From Candidatus Omnitrophota bacterium (GTDB lineage Bacteria; Omnitrophota; Gorgyraeia; Zapsychrales; JANLHA01), in assembly GCA_963662715.1 (NCBI GenBank), contig OY759724.1, forward strand, positions 2,190,001 through 2,222,000: 32,000 nt of DNA, in the 5' to 3' direction. The notes under the pieces are model-generated. The model made no database searches. It saw nothing but the letters and a program-made list of their open reading frames with translations, and had not been told where the DNA came from. Positions 1 to 8,059 of the stretch are shown one piece after another. The position numbers were made by a program, and so were the translations under genes. Within the stretch, counting starts at the first letter, position 1. The number at the start of each line of letters is the position of its first letter.

Positions 1-158
1 GCGGTATATTTGGGTAAACAGCCGGGGCGAATGATGCCCGGTTAAAGGGGCGGGCGCCGTTGTCCTGAACGGCTTGTTTATATGGCGGCAGGCGTTTTTC
101 CCGGGAAGGAATTAAAAAGATATTTGGAGGGGAGGGAAAAATTTTAAAAGGAGCTGTC

Positions 159-992
159 GTGAACAAACCGCCGATTTGTCCTGTCTCCGGTAAAGTTATG
201 AAACCGGTTTTTTCGGAAGTGATTTTAGGCCGGCACCGTGTTTCTTATTATTTCTGCGGGGAAAGCGGTCTTTTGAAAACAGAACGGCCTTTTTGGCTGG
301 AAGAGGCCTACCAAGAGGCTCTCTCCGATTTTGATACGGGAATCGTCAGGCGTAATCTTAATAATTGTGCCATGATTGAACCGATTCTGCACAGGTTGTT
401 CGGCCGGCGGGGGAAATTTCTGGATATTGGCGGAGGGTACGGTTTATTGACGAGGCTTATGAGAGACGAGGGTTTTGATTGTTTTACGACCGACAAATAT
501 TGCCGGAATATATTCGCAAAACACTTTGAGCCTTGTGATGATTTCCGGGCAGACGCGTTATTTGCTTTCGAAGCCTTGGAACATATCGAGAACCCTTATG
601 AGTTTCTGGAAGGGTTGTTTGAAAAATATGATTGCAGGACTCTCATTTTTTCCACACTGACTTTTTCGGGGGATGTCCCGGGCAAAGACTGGTGGTACTA
701 TACTTTTGATACCGGCCAGCACATTACGTTCTATCAGCCACGGACGCTTGCTCTTTTGGCGAGCCGTCTGGGATGTTCCTACTACATGATAGGGCCGGAT
801 ATGCATATCATGACCGATCGGCGTTTGTCGGCTATGACGCGTCTGTGGCTCCTTCATGGCCCGTGGCGTAAGCTATATGCTCTTTACGTCCGTTACCTGC
901 GGCGAGGGATGTCGAAGACGTGGGCGGATCATCTGCTTATGAAAGAGAAATTCCGATCAGCACAATCAGAGAGTATCCGTCAAGACCGGTGA
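159..992 (+). CDS. Class I SAM-dependent methyltransferase, substrate unknown
   Basis: 277-aa ORF with a GTG start and AAAGGAG Shine-Dalgarno 7-13 nt upstream. Motif I of the Rossmann-fold methyltransferases is present (FLDIGGGYGLLTRLM), followed by an acidic post-I residue and a FEALEHI motif. The N-terminal ~40 aa (CPVSG...FCGESG) look like a degenerate zinc-ribbon-like extension. Confidence 0.75.
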   Translation: MNKPPICPVSGKVMKPVFSEVILGRHRVSYYFCGESGLLKTERPFWLEEAYQEALSDFDTGIVRRNLNNCAMIEPILHRLFGRRGKFLDIGGGYGLLTRLMRDEGFDCFTTDKYCRNIFAKHFEPCDDFRADALFAFEALEHIENPYEFLEGLFEKYDCRTLIFSTLTFSGDVPGKDWWYYTFDTGQHITFYQPRTLALLASRLGCSYYMIGPDMHIMTDRRLSAMTRLWLLHGPWRKLYALYVRYLRRGMSKTWADHLLMKEKFRSAQSESIRQDR

Positions 993-1005
993 TGTTTTCA
1001 GTGAG

Positions 1006-1719
1006 ATGCCGTTAGCTATGAATATAATTATAAACCCTTTAAAATTTTTCAGAAGCCTTTTGGCCGCCATCTTTATCATAACGGTCTTATATCTTGCGTG
1101 CCAATTCTGTAAATTTTATCTCGGTCATGGGACCATGTTCGGTCTCGTGAGACTTTTTGATTTCGCCGAGGAGGCCAATATCCCTTCATTGTTCTCCGCG
1201 CTCCTTTTGCTGTTTTCCTCTTTCCTTTTGGCGATGATCGCGGCCTATAAACGGCGCGATCACGACACGTTTTTTCCTCATTGGGCAGGCTTGTCTTTCA
1301 TCTTTTTCTTCTTGTTCGTTGATGAAGCCGTGTCCCTGCACGAACTCCTGGTGAGGCCGGTTAAAGAAATCCTGCACACGTCCGGACTCTTTTTCTATGC
1401 CTGGATCATCCCCTATGCTTTTCTCTTGCTGATGATCGCCATTGTCTACGTCAGGTTTTTCTTCCATCTCTCTTATCGTATGAAACTGTTCTTTGTGTTG
1501 TCCGGGCTGATATTTGTCGCCGGGGCCATAGGCTTTGAAATGCTCGGAGGAAAGCATGATGAAGCAAGCGGGCAGGAGAATGTCTTGTATGTGGTTTACG
1601 TTTTGTTTGAAGAATTGTTTGAGATGATCGGCAGTTCACTTTTTGTTTATGCCCTGTTGTGTTATTTGAAAGAAAAGTACGGGCAGGCGCAGATTGACAT
1701 CACGTTTGGGGACAATTGA
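1006..1719 (+). CDS. Polytopic inner-membrane protein of unknown function
   Basis: 237-aa ORF lying 14 nt after the methyltransferase stop, so probably co-transcribed. About 6 hydrophobic helices. Acidic clusters recur at helix ends (DFAEEANIP, VDEAVSLHE, FEELFEM). I recognise no family. An alternative start at 1021 is possible. Confidence 0.55.
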   Translation: MPLAMNIIINPLKFFRSLLAAIFIITVLYLACQFCKFYLGHGTMFGLVRLFDFAEEANIPSLFSALLLLFSSFLLAMIAAYKRRDHDTFFPHWAGLSFIFFFLFVDEAVSLHELLVRPVKEILHTSGLFFYAWIIPYAFLLLMIAIVYVRFFFHLSYRMKLFFVLSGLIFVAGAIGFEMLGGKHDEASGQENVLYVVYVLFEELFEMIGSSLFVYALLCYLKEKYGQAQIDITFGDN

Positions 1720-1795
1720 TCCTATTTGCGGGCCTTTTAACATTTTGCCGTTCCCGGAGGATTTTCTTATTAATTTTTAAAATTATCAATTATTC

Positions 1796-2254
1796 ATGAT
1801 GGCAAATAAAAATTTCCGGCTTGCCCTAGCTCTTATTTTAACCCCGGTTTTATGCTGGCTTATGGGGGCGGCTTGTGCCTCTGTCCTTAAGGTCGCCGTT
1901 CCCGGCTTCTGGGAGATGAGAAGCGACTATATGGACCAGCACACCTATAAGTCAGACACGCACATCTCTTATCCCCGCGGTTCTCCTCCGGGATTTGTTG
2001 TTTTTATTGTTATCCCGGCTTTAACTTTGAACCTGATCGGATGGGGGCCGTATTTGATCCTGGCATTGTGTTTTTCTGATTTTGTCGGTGAGAGTCCTTT
2101 TGTTCAAGGCGGGACCGATTCTTTTAAGCCTGCTTATGTCAGGAACGTCTGGGTTCTGCTGGCCCGCTGGGCTTGGTGGGCGTTAGGAAGTTTTCTGACA
2201 CTGTGGGGCATGCTCCATGTCTTCTTCGGCGGGCGATGGCCCCCCGCTTCGTAA
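1796..2254 (+). CDS. Small membrane protein of unknown function
   Basis: 152-aa ORF with an N-terminal hydrophobic signal/anchor (LALALILTPVLCWLMGAACA) and at least two further hydrophobic, Trp-rich segments. No recognisable motif. Confidence 0.45.
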   Translation: MMANKNFRLALALILTPVLCWLMGAACASVLKVAVPGFWEMRSDYMDQHTYKSDTHISYPRGSPPGFVVFIVIPALTLNLIGWGPYLILALCFSDFVGESPFVQGGTDSFKPAYVRNVWVLLARWAWWALGSFLTLWGMLHVFFGGRWPPAS

Positions 2255-2266
2255 AATGGCGATATG

Positions 2267-2286
2267 AGACACGGAGCGTCTTTTTT
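2267..2286 (+). terminator. Weak candidate intrinsic terminator between convergent genes
   Basis: AGAC-acggagc-GTCT stem (only 4 bp) followed by TTTTTT, inside the 35-nt convergent spacer. Confidence 0.25.
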
Positions 2287-2289
2287 GTT

Positions 2290-5200
2290 TCACGGGGTCA
2301 TGCGGCGCTCTTTTAAAGAACTTATTTGCGGAACGATAATTTTATTGGGCTTGTTCATCCCGTCGTAAAAAAGGTCGACAATCGGGATGTTAAAATCCTG
2401 TTGCATTTTGCGGTATATTGAGGACGTGACGGATCCCGGACAGCAGAGGATAGGATTGACGTGAATGACGGCGTCGACAAGCTTGTATTTCATATAGTAC
2501 AGCAAGCGGCAGACATTGATCGTCGTTTCTCCCGGGATGTAATGCTTTATGCCATAAGAGCACATCAGTTCGACACTTTCATCGATAGGCGGTTCAAAAC
2601 TGTCATCCAATATCCCTTCGAATACTTTTTCAAAGCTTTTTTCGTACATTGTCAGCTTGATTAATTCCGTTCTGTCACCGCCGCTTTCTCTTGCTGCGGC
2701 ATCCATGAGATGACTTCCTGTTTCCATATAGGAAGGGATGAGAATTTCCGCGCCCAGGTCTTCGATGAGGGCATACAAATCTTCATTCAGAACCGGATTG
2801 TATTTGATATACAAATCCCCCAAAAGCCCGACGCGGGGTTTCCTGTCTCCTGCGACAGGGATGTTTTCGAAAAGTGTTCTAATCTCTCTCGCGGCAAGAA
2901 GCATGTGTTTGCTCGGGTGTAGAAGTTCTTTAATCCGGGCCAGCAGGATGCTTTCTGCGGCACGGTTTTGTTGCCGCGGGTGGGAGAGGCCGTCTTCCTG
3001 TTTTATGATGTGCCTGAAATAGAACTCGCTGAGCTGACCGCCTAATTTTTGCAGGGGGATTTCCCATAAAGGCGTCTTGTTTTTTAATTTTTCCTTAATG
3101 AGCAGGATCGCCTGATTCAAAGCTTTCTGAGTCGCTCCTTTTTCTTTCTCATAAGGATGGAACCGGAAGTACAATTTATATAGCAGTGATCCCAGAACAC
3201 TGACGGCTGTCATGTCAAGGAGCAATGCTTTGGGCAGGGCTTCATTGGGCAGTCCGAGTTTGGGGGAATGAATTCTTAAGCCTTTGATGCCGGCTTTTTG
3301 AGCCGCCGCCCTGATCAGCGAGGTGTATTGATGGAAATTGCAGGCTATACAGGAATCACCCAGATAGAGAACGCTTTTTTTTAGGTCGAGTTGCCCCTTT
3401 TGGAACAGAGCAATGATAGAGCCGACCACCGCAACGTTCGGCAGACATTCACCGCCGGAAACATATTTATACCCTAAATTAATGATGTCCTGATTGACCG
3501 GCAAGACCTTGGCGGTGTAGCCGTGTGCTTCAAAAGCGGCGAAAAATATTTCATCAAGCACCGGGCTCAAATAAGGAAAATAAATCACATCGTCTTTTGT
3601 AATGACGCTTTCATACTGGAATTTTTCCCCCGGAAGGGACGTGCCCGGGTTCCCCTGCCCGCCGGACACAGGATGCGCTTTTTTATGAAAGTCGTTCAGG
3701 AAGGACTCGACCCCTGCCTCGAGTCTTGTCTGATAACCGACATCGCTGCAGTGTTCGTCTAGTTGAATGATTAAATAAGGCTTGCCGGCTTTTTCCATCA
3801 TTTCCTTGAAATATGTGACGACATAAGAGTCCGGGCTGCAGCGGAAATTTGTCAGGAAGACCGGATAAATGTTCTTCTGTTTTATGGCGGTTTCCGCCGC
3901 TGTCAGGATTTGCTGCCCGTAATGCCAGTGCATTCTGTCCATATAATCCGAGGAAAAAGCATTTGTGCCATGAGTTGAATCCAGCATGGATTGGTGCATC
4001 AGTTCGTGTCCCAACGCTTCCAGTTTGGCGGGAATCCCGCTGTTGATTTTGGAGTCAAAAACAACGTAAGGCCTTCCCAAGAGAAGAATTTTTATGGCGT
4101 CCTGTCCTGTCTGCAGCATTTGTTCTCCTTGTTTCTGCCATTGCCTGTCGCGTTCCTGATGCCGGGCATAGGAGGAAATAAAGGCCTCTTTGATGCTTTG
4201 TTTTGTCGCAGATAAAATATTCTCCAAAGAGCGGGCTATGCTTTCGGCCGCGTTCTCTATCGGACAGTTGTGGAATCTGATCTTGGGGGAGATCAGTTTG
4301 TGTTTAAGATCAAGCGTGTTGAGATTGTTGACAAGGGTAGGGGCGTATTCAGAATAATAACATAAGTAGTTGTCCCGGTCTTTTTGAAGAAAGTTTTCTT
4401 CCGCAGAATCCTTGTCTGCAGACCTTTGCGTGTTGACGAGAGCTGGCAGAAAGATGTAATCGACATTTTTCTGCATTAGCGACTGAACGAGACCATGCAT
4501 AATAAGAATGGGAGAGCAAAAGTCCGCACAGGAGATGTCCTTGCCTTGTTGCATCTTGGCCGCGGAATTGTCTTCAAGGATGACCTGCACCCCCAGGGTG
4601 CTGAAAAAGTCATAGAACAATGAAGCGTATTCTTTCATATAAAGGGTCCGGGGGATCCCGACCGTCAGGCCGTTGTTTCCTTTCGCCGGAAAGCTTTCAA
4701 AATGGGCCGCATATTGTTTCTCCAGACGGGAGAGAGGATTGACAGCCTTCGATTTCTTTTCTTCATAATCCCTGCCGCATTTCAACCCCCAGGCGATCTT
4801 TGCCCCGTTGACAGTGAAGACCTGAAGGTTGCAGCGATTCGCGCATAAGTCGCATATTTCCGAGTCCGTATGGGTATTCAGCTCGGTTCCTCTGAACGTT
4901 GAAGAAGTTGTCCCTCTTTCGGTTAAAATAATGGCGGCTCCCAGGGCGCCGGTGAGATGACAATATTTGGATACAAAAATCGGCTTCCCGACTTCGTTTT
5001 CGAAAGCCGCGACCAAAGCTTTGTTTCGCGCTGTCGCGCCCTGAAAATACACTTTATTTCCTAGTAATGTCCTGCCGGCGACTTTTGATAAATAATTATC
5101 TCTGACGCTGAATAAGACTGAGGCCATGATCTGCTCTTTGGTCCAGCCTTCGGCGAGATAAATGTTGAGGTCTCTTTCCATGTAGACAGTGCAGCGGCTG

Positions 5201-6606
5201 GAGGTTAACGGCGCTTCCTGCCCCAGGGCCAGTTCGGAAATTTTGTCCAGGGGGATATTTAATTTCTTCGCCTGTTCCTCGATAAAAGACCCTGTCCCCG
5301 CCGCACAGACATAGTTCATGACGGAACTGGCCACGAAGCCTTCTTTAAGAATAGTAAACTTTGAGTCCTGGCCCCCGATCTCGATAATGGTGTCGACTTC
5401 GGGATCCAGGAATGTTGCGCCTTTGGCATGGGCTGTTATTTCATTGATCGCCATATCCGCGCCGACGATTTCTTTGATGAGTTTCCGTCCCGAACCCGTA
5501 ACAGCCGCTCCGCTGATCTTCAGGGTTTTGTCTTTGAAGACACCGGTAAGGACCCGCAACATTTTGGCGACAGCGGCAACGGGATCGCCGGCTGTGCTGG
5601 TATACAGCCCGAGTAAAATATTTTTATCCTGATCAACAAGAATGCATTTTGTGCTTGTTGACCCGACATCTATCCCGAGACAGGCATCAAACCGCTCTGC
5701 CGTCAGCCCGTTATATTGCGTCACCTCAACGCCGTCCTGCATAAAGGCCTTGTCCTGACGGAAATCCGGGTATCGGGTCAGCTGTATTTTCAGCTTTTCC
5801 CGGGATTCCCTTCTTGATCCCATATCCTGAACAGAGCGTAAGCGGCTGAAATCCCGCTCCTCTCCCAGAAGCGCTGCGCCCAAAGCATTGAATGTCTGGG
5901 ATGTGTTTGAAACAACCGTCCGGACCCCGAGAGCCTTTTCAAGCTCCGTAACGATCTTTTTATTGCGGCTGACCCCTCCGATGAGCAGAAGGTCCCCTTC
6001 CAGTCTCCGTCCTCCGAGAACATTTGATAAAATGCTCCGGACAACCCCTTCGCAGATGCCGGCCGCGATGGCGTCCGTGGAAAACCCTTCTGCCTGGGAA
6101 TGAATAATATCGGATTTTGCAAAAACGGAACACCGGGTGGCGATGGTGGGGGTTTTTCCGGTGAAATTTTTTGCATGTTCGGCGAATATTTCTGTCGAAT
6201 AACCGAGCCGTTTGGCCTGCTGATCAATGAAGCTCCCGGTCCCTGAGGCACAGTCTGAATTGAGGGAATGTTCCAGATAGTTGAAGCCGGCATCCAGCCG
6301 TACGAGGTAGAAACTTTCACAGCCAATGGCGAGAATGTTGCGGTATCTGGTGGCGAAGAATTTATTCGCCTGGACTGTTGCCAGGACAGGATCGATCAGC
6401 GACAGGTTCCGGATGTCCAGACTTCCGGTGATCCCGAAACATTCAAGAGCGTCTTGGCCAAACTGCTTATGTATCCCGGAAAGCAGGTTCTCCAGCTCTG
6501 AAAAGATATTCCCGTTATGAGGGACAGTTTTGCTTTGTGCGATTTCTTCCCCGTTAAGGATAACACAGTGGATATTTTGTGAACCCAGATCAATCCCTAG
6601 CTTCAT
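2290..6606 (-). CDS. Fusion of two BadF/BadG/BcrA/BcrD (HgdC-like) activase ATPase modules to a 2-hydroxyacyl-CoA-dehydratase/benzoyl-CoA-reductase-like C-terminal body (CoA-substrate-specific enzyme activase family; PlsA-PlsR-like architecture)
   Basis: Uninterrupted 1438-aa ORF with AAGGA upstream of the ATG.
- Module 1 (aa 1 to ~255): MKLGIDLGSQ phosphate-1 motif, DCASGTGSF, ATRCSVFAKSD, LLLIGGVSRN.
- Module 2 (aa ~308 to ~565): CLGIDVGSTSTK, VCAAGTGSF, SSRCTVYMERD, VYFQGATARN.
- Then a CDLCANRCN Cys cluster (aa ~585).
- Then a ~850-aa region with further conserved-looking Cys (CADFCSP, GGECLPN, DSCIACN, ILCCPGS). Confidence 0.8.
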   Translation of the reverse strand: MKLGIDLGSQNIHCVILNGEEIAQSKTVPHNGNIFSELENLLSGIHKQFGQDALECFGITGSLDIRNLSLIDPVLATVQANKFFATRYRNILAIGCESFYLVRLDAGFNYLEHSLNSDCASGTGSFIDQQAKRLGYSTEIFAEHAKNFTGKTPTIATRCSVFAKSDIIHSQAEGFSTDAIAAGICEGVVRSILSNVLGGRRLEGDLLLIGGVSRNKKIVTELEKALGVRTVVSNTSQTFNALGAALLGEERDFSRLRSVQDMGSRRESREKLKIQLTRYPDFRQDKAFMQDGVEVTQYNGLTAERFDACLGIDVGSTSTKCILVDQDKNILLGLYTSTAGDPVAAVAKMLRVLTGVFKDKTLKISGAAVTGSGRKLIKEIVGADMAINEITAHAKGATFLDPEVDTIIEIGGQDSKFTILKEGFVASSVMNYVCAAGTGSFIEEQAKKLNIPLDKISELALGQEAPLTSSRCTVYMERDLNIYLAEGWTKEQIMASVLFSVRDNYLSKVAGRTLLGNKVYFQGATARNKALVAAFENEVGKPIFVSKYCHLTGALGAAIILTERGTTSSTFRGTELNTHTDSEICDLCANRCNLQVFTVNGAKIAWGLKCGRDYEEKKSKAVNPLSRLEKQYAAHFESFPAKGNNGLTVGIPRTLYMKEYASLFYDFFSTLGVQVILEDNSAAKMQQGKDISCADFCSPILIMHGLVQSLMQKNVDYIFLPALVNTQRSADKDSAEENFLQKDRDNYLCYYSEYAPTLVNNLNTLDLKHKLISPKIRFHNCPIENAAESIARSLENILSATKQSIKEAFISSYARHQERDRQWQKQGEQMLQTGQDAIKILLLGRPYVVFDSKINSGIPAKLEALGHELMHQSMLDSTHGTNAFSSDYMDRMHWHYGQQILTAAETAIKQKNIYPVFLTNFRCSPDSYVVTYFKEMMEKAGKPYLIIQLDEHCSDVGYQTRLEAGVESFLNDFHKKAHPVSGGQGNPGTSLPGEKFQYESVITKDDVIYFPYLSPVLDEIFFAAFEAHGYTAKVLPVNQDIINLGYKYVSGGECLPNVAVVGSIIALFQKGQLDLKKSVLYLGDSCIACNFHQYTSLIRAAAQKAGIKGLRIHSPKLGLPNEALPKALLLDMTAVSVLGSLLYKLYFRFHPYEKEKGATQKALNQAILLIKEKLKNKTPLWEIPLQKLGGQLSEFYFRHIIKQEDGLSHPRQQNRAAESILLARIKELLHPSKHMLLAAREIRTLFENIPVAGDRKPRVGLLGDLYIKYNPVLNEDLYALIEDLGAEILIPSYMETGSHLMDAAARESGGDRTELIKLTMYEKSFEKVFEGILDDSFEPPIDESVELMCSYGIKHYIPGETTINVCRLLYYMKYKLVDAVIHVNPILCCPGSVTSSIYRKMQQDFNIPIVDLFYDGMNKPNKIIVPQISSLKERRMTP

Positions 6607-6897
6607 ATTTTTTCCTTGGGGGCTTTTTTGAATGAGAGGTTTGATTTGTATTAATACACGCTGAATGAAAGAAGACGCTTTGGCCTTTTTTTGTTAATTT
6701 CCTGTATCGGTATTTATCTTGGCATATGTTGCGGCAGTTTAAAAGTGTTTTTTGAATGAAAAAGATCCGTTGTTTTCGTGCAAAGTTTTTATTTGATTTG
6801 AATAAAAGATTGTGTCTGCTGAAACAGATGAATAAATCAGGCCTTTTAAAAGATGGTTAAGGATATTTCTGTTAAAATGATATCCGGTAAAAAACAT

Positions 6898-6922
6898 TTA
6901 TTCACATTGTGCTCCTGAATAA
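6898..6922. promoter_or_regulatory. Inverted repeat TTATTCA-N11-TGAATAA, 19 nt upstream of the esterase start (candidate operator)
   Basis: Perfect 7-bp arms read directly from the sequence (ttattcacattgtgctcctgaataa). The arms share the TGAATRA motif that recurs five more times in the 6607-6940 spacer. Confidence 0.3.
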
Positions 6923-6940
6923 GGGGAGGGATGGTGCGGC

Positions 6941-7972
6941 GTGGCAATGTTTAAGGATGCCTTAACGAGAAATTTTTATGTTGTTGGCGGGGTTGTCTTT
7001 TTCCTTTTCTGCATGACCGGCAAGGGTGTTTTGGCGCAAACACCCTTGCCGGAAATGGACCGGATCCAGGGTTTATACGATTACCATGAAAGACAGTGTT
7101 TTGGCAAAGGGTGGAAAAAAATAGTTGTTTCGGTCCTGGGGCGGGATCGTAAGGTTTTGTGGAAAGGACCGGCAGGCAGGTGGGATAACGGGGCGATTGT
7201 TGTTTTGCACGGCGGCGGCGGAACATATTCGAATTATTGCAGCAATATACGGTTAGGGCGGCCGATGGTTGAATTTGCAACCCTTGCCCTTCAGGAAGGA
7301 TTTGCCGTGTTTTCCCTGGACTCGGGACATGATCTTATGGAGGATGAAAAGAAAGTCCCTTGCGGTAAAAGATGGGACTGTTTAGCCCGGGACCGGCAGC
7401 CGAATGAGGATCTGGATTTTATTGAGCAGGTGATTCAGGATGTTATCCCCCGATTACGTCCGGAAAAGAGTGCTGAGGACATTTTTTTGACGGGGATATC
7501 TAACGGGGGATTTATGACGATTCTCGCCGCCACCTATTTCCCCGGCAGTATCACGGCTTTTGCCCCGGTGGCAGCCGGAGACCCTTATGGGACCTATATG
7601 AATTGTGCCGAGGGGACAGGACGGACCGCTGCGCCGGGACGTTGGTATGATCGTGAAACGCATTCGGAGATCGGGAAGGCCTTTTCTTGTCAGGCGCGCG
7701 CGTATGATCATGAGGAAACATGGATTCAACATCCCGGGAAAAAGGCGCTGTTTTTTAAACAGTTTCATCATGAGGGAGACAGGGCGGTGGATATTTCCTG
7801 TATGAAAAAGGTTCAAAGGCTTCTGATTCAGCACGGATTTGCGGATGCCGGAGCCTATATTATCCATAATAAAGGAAGAAAGAATATCTGGAAGCATTTT
7901 TGGCAAAAGGAGTATAATAAGCCGTTGCTGGAATTTTTTAAGAATGCCGTGCAAAATCGGGCATCTCGATAA
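6941..7972 (+). CDS. Exported alpha/beta-hydrolase esterase (PHB-depolymerase / LpqC-like esterase family)
   Basis: 343-aa ORF with a GTG start (alternative ATG at 6947). N-terminal signal-like segment VVGGVVFFLFCMTGKGVLAQ. Oxyanion-hole region VVLHGGGG. Nucleophile elbow LTGISNGGFM (G-x-S-x-G). C-terminal His candidates are present. Confidence 0.65.
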   Translation: MAMFKDALTRNFYVVGGVVFFLFCMTGKGVLAQTPLPEMDRIQGLYDYHERQCFGKGWKKIVVSVLGRDRKVLWKGPAGRWDNGAIVVLHGGGGTYSNYCSNIRLGRPMVEFATLALQEGFAVFSLDSGHDLMEDEKKVPCGKRWDCLARDRQPNEDLDFIEQVIQDVIPRLRPEKSAEDIFLTGISNGGFMTILAATYFPGSITAFAPVAAGDPYGTYMNCAEGTGRTAAPGRWYDRETHSEIGKAFSCQARAYDHEETWIQHPGKKALFFKQFHHEGDRAVDISCMKKVQRLLIQHGFADAGAYIIHNKGRKNIWKHFWQKEYNKPLLEFFKNAVQNRASR

Positions 7973-8059
7973 TTCCCGCTGCCCTGAGGCTTGGATGATT
8001 TTTGTTTTTCCGTTAATAATACCTTTTATCGTAAATCAAAACCATATCGGAGAACGGTA

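Noticed and set aside
5790-6326. A 178-aa ORF on the minus strand inside the giant gene, plus many 60-130-aa ORFs antisense to or out of frame with core genes throughout the window.
   Set aside because: All are fully nested in long, motif-rich CDSs with clear homology-type signatures. They are the typical shadow ORFs of a moderate-GC genome.
6638-6648. The exact 11-mer GGTTTGATTTG recurs at 19658-19668, with a 9-mer copy at 6792-6800.
   Set aside because: In 32 kb, on the order of a hundred exact 11-mer pairs are expected by chance. There is no extended similarity around the matches.
7991-8059. N-terminal extensions given by the ORF track for several genes: 7991, 14219, 19688, 29586 and 30571.
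   Set aside because: - Each extension uses a rare start or overlaps the upstream gene.
- Each adds residues absent from the conserved N-terminus of the family.
- A downstream ATG with a better SD or a signal peptide exists in every case.
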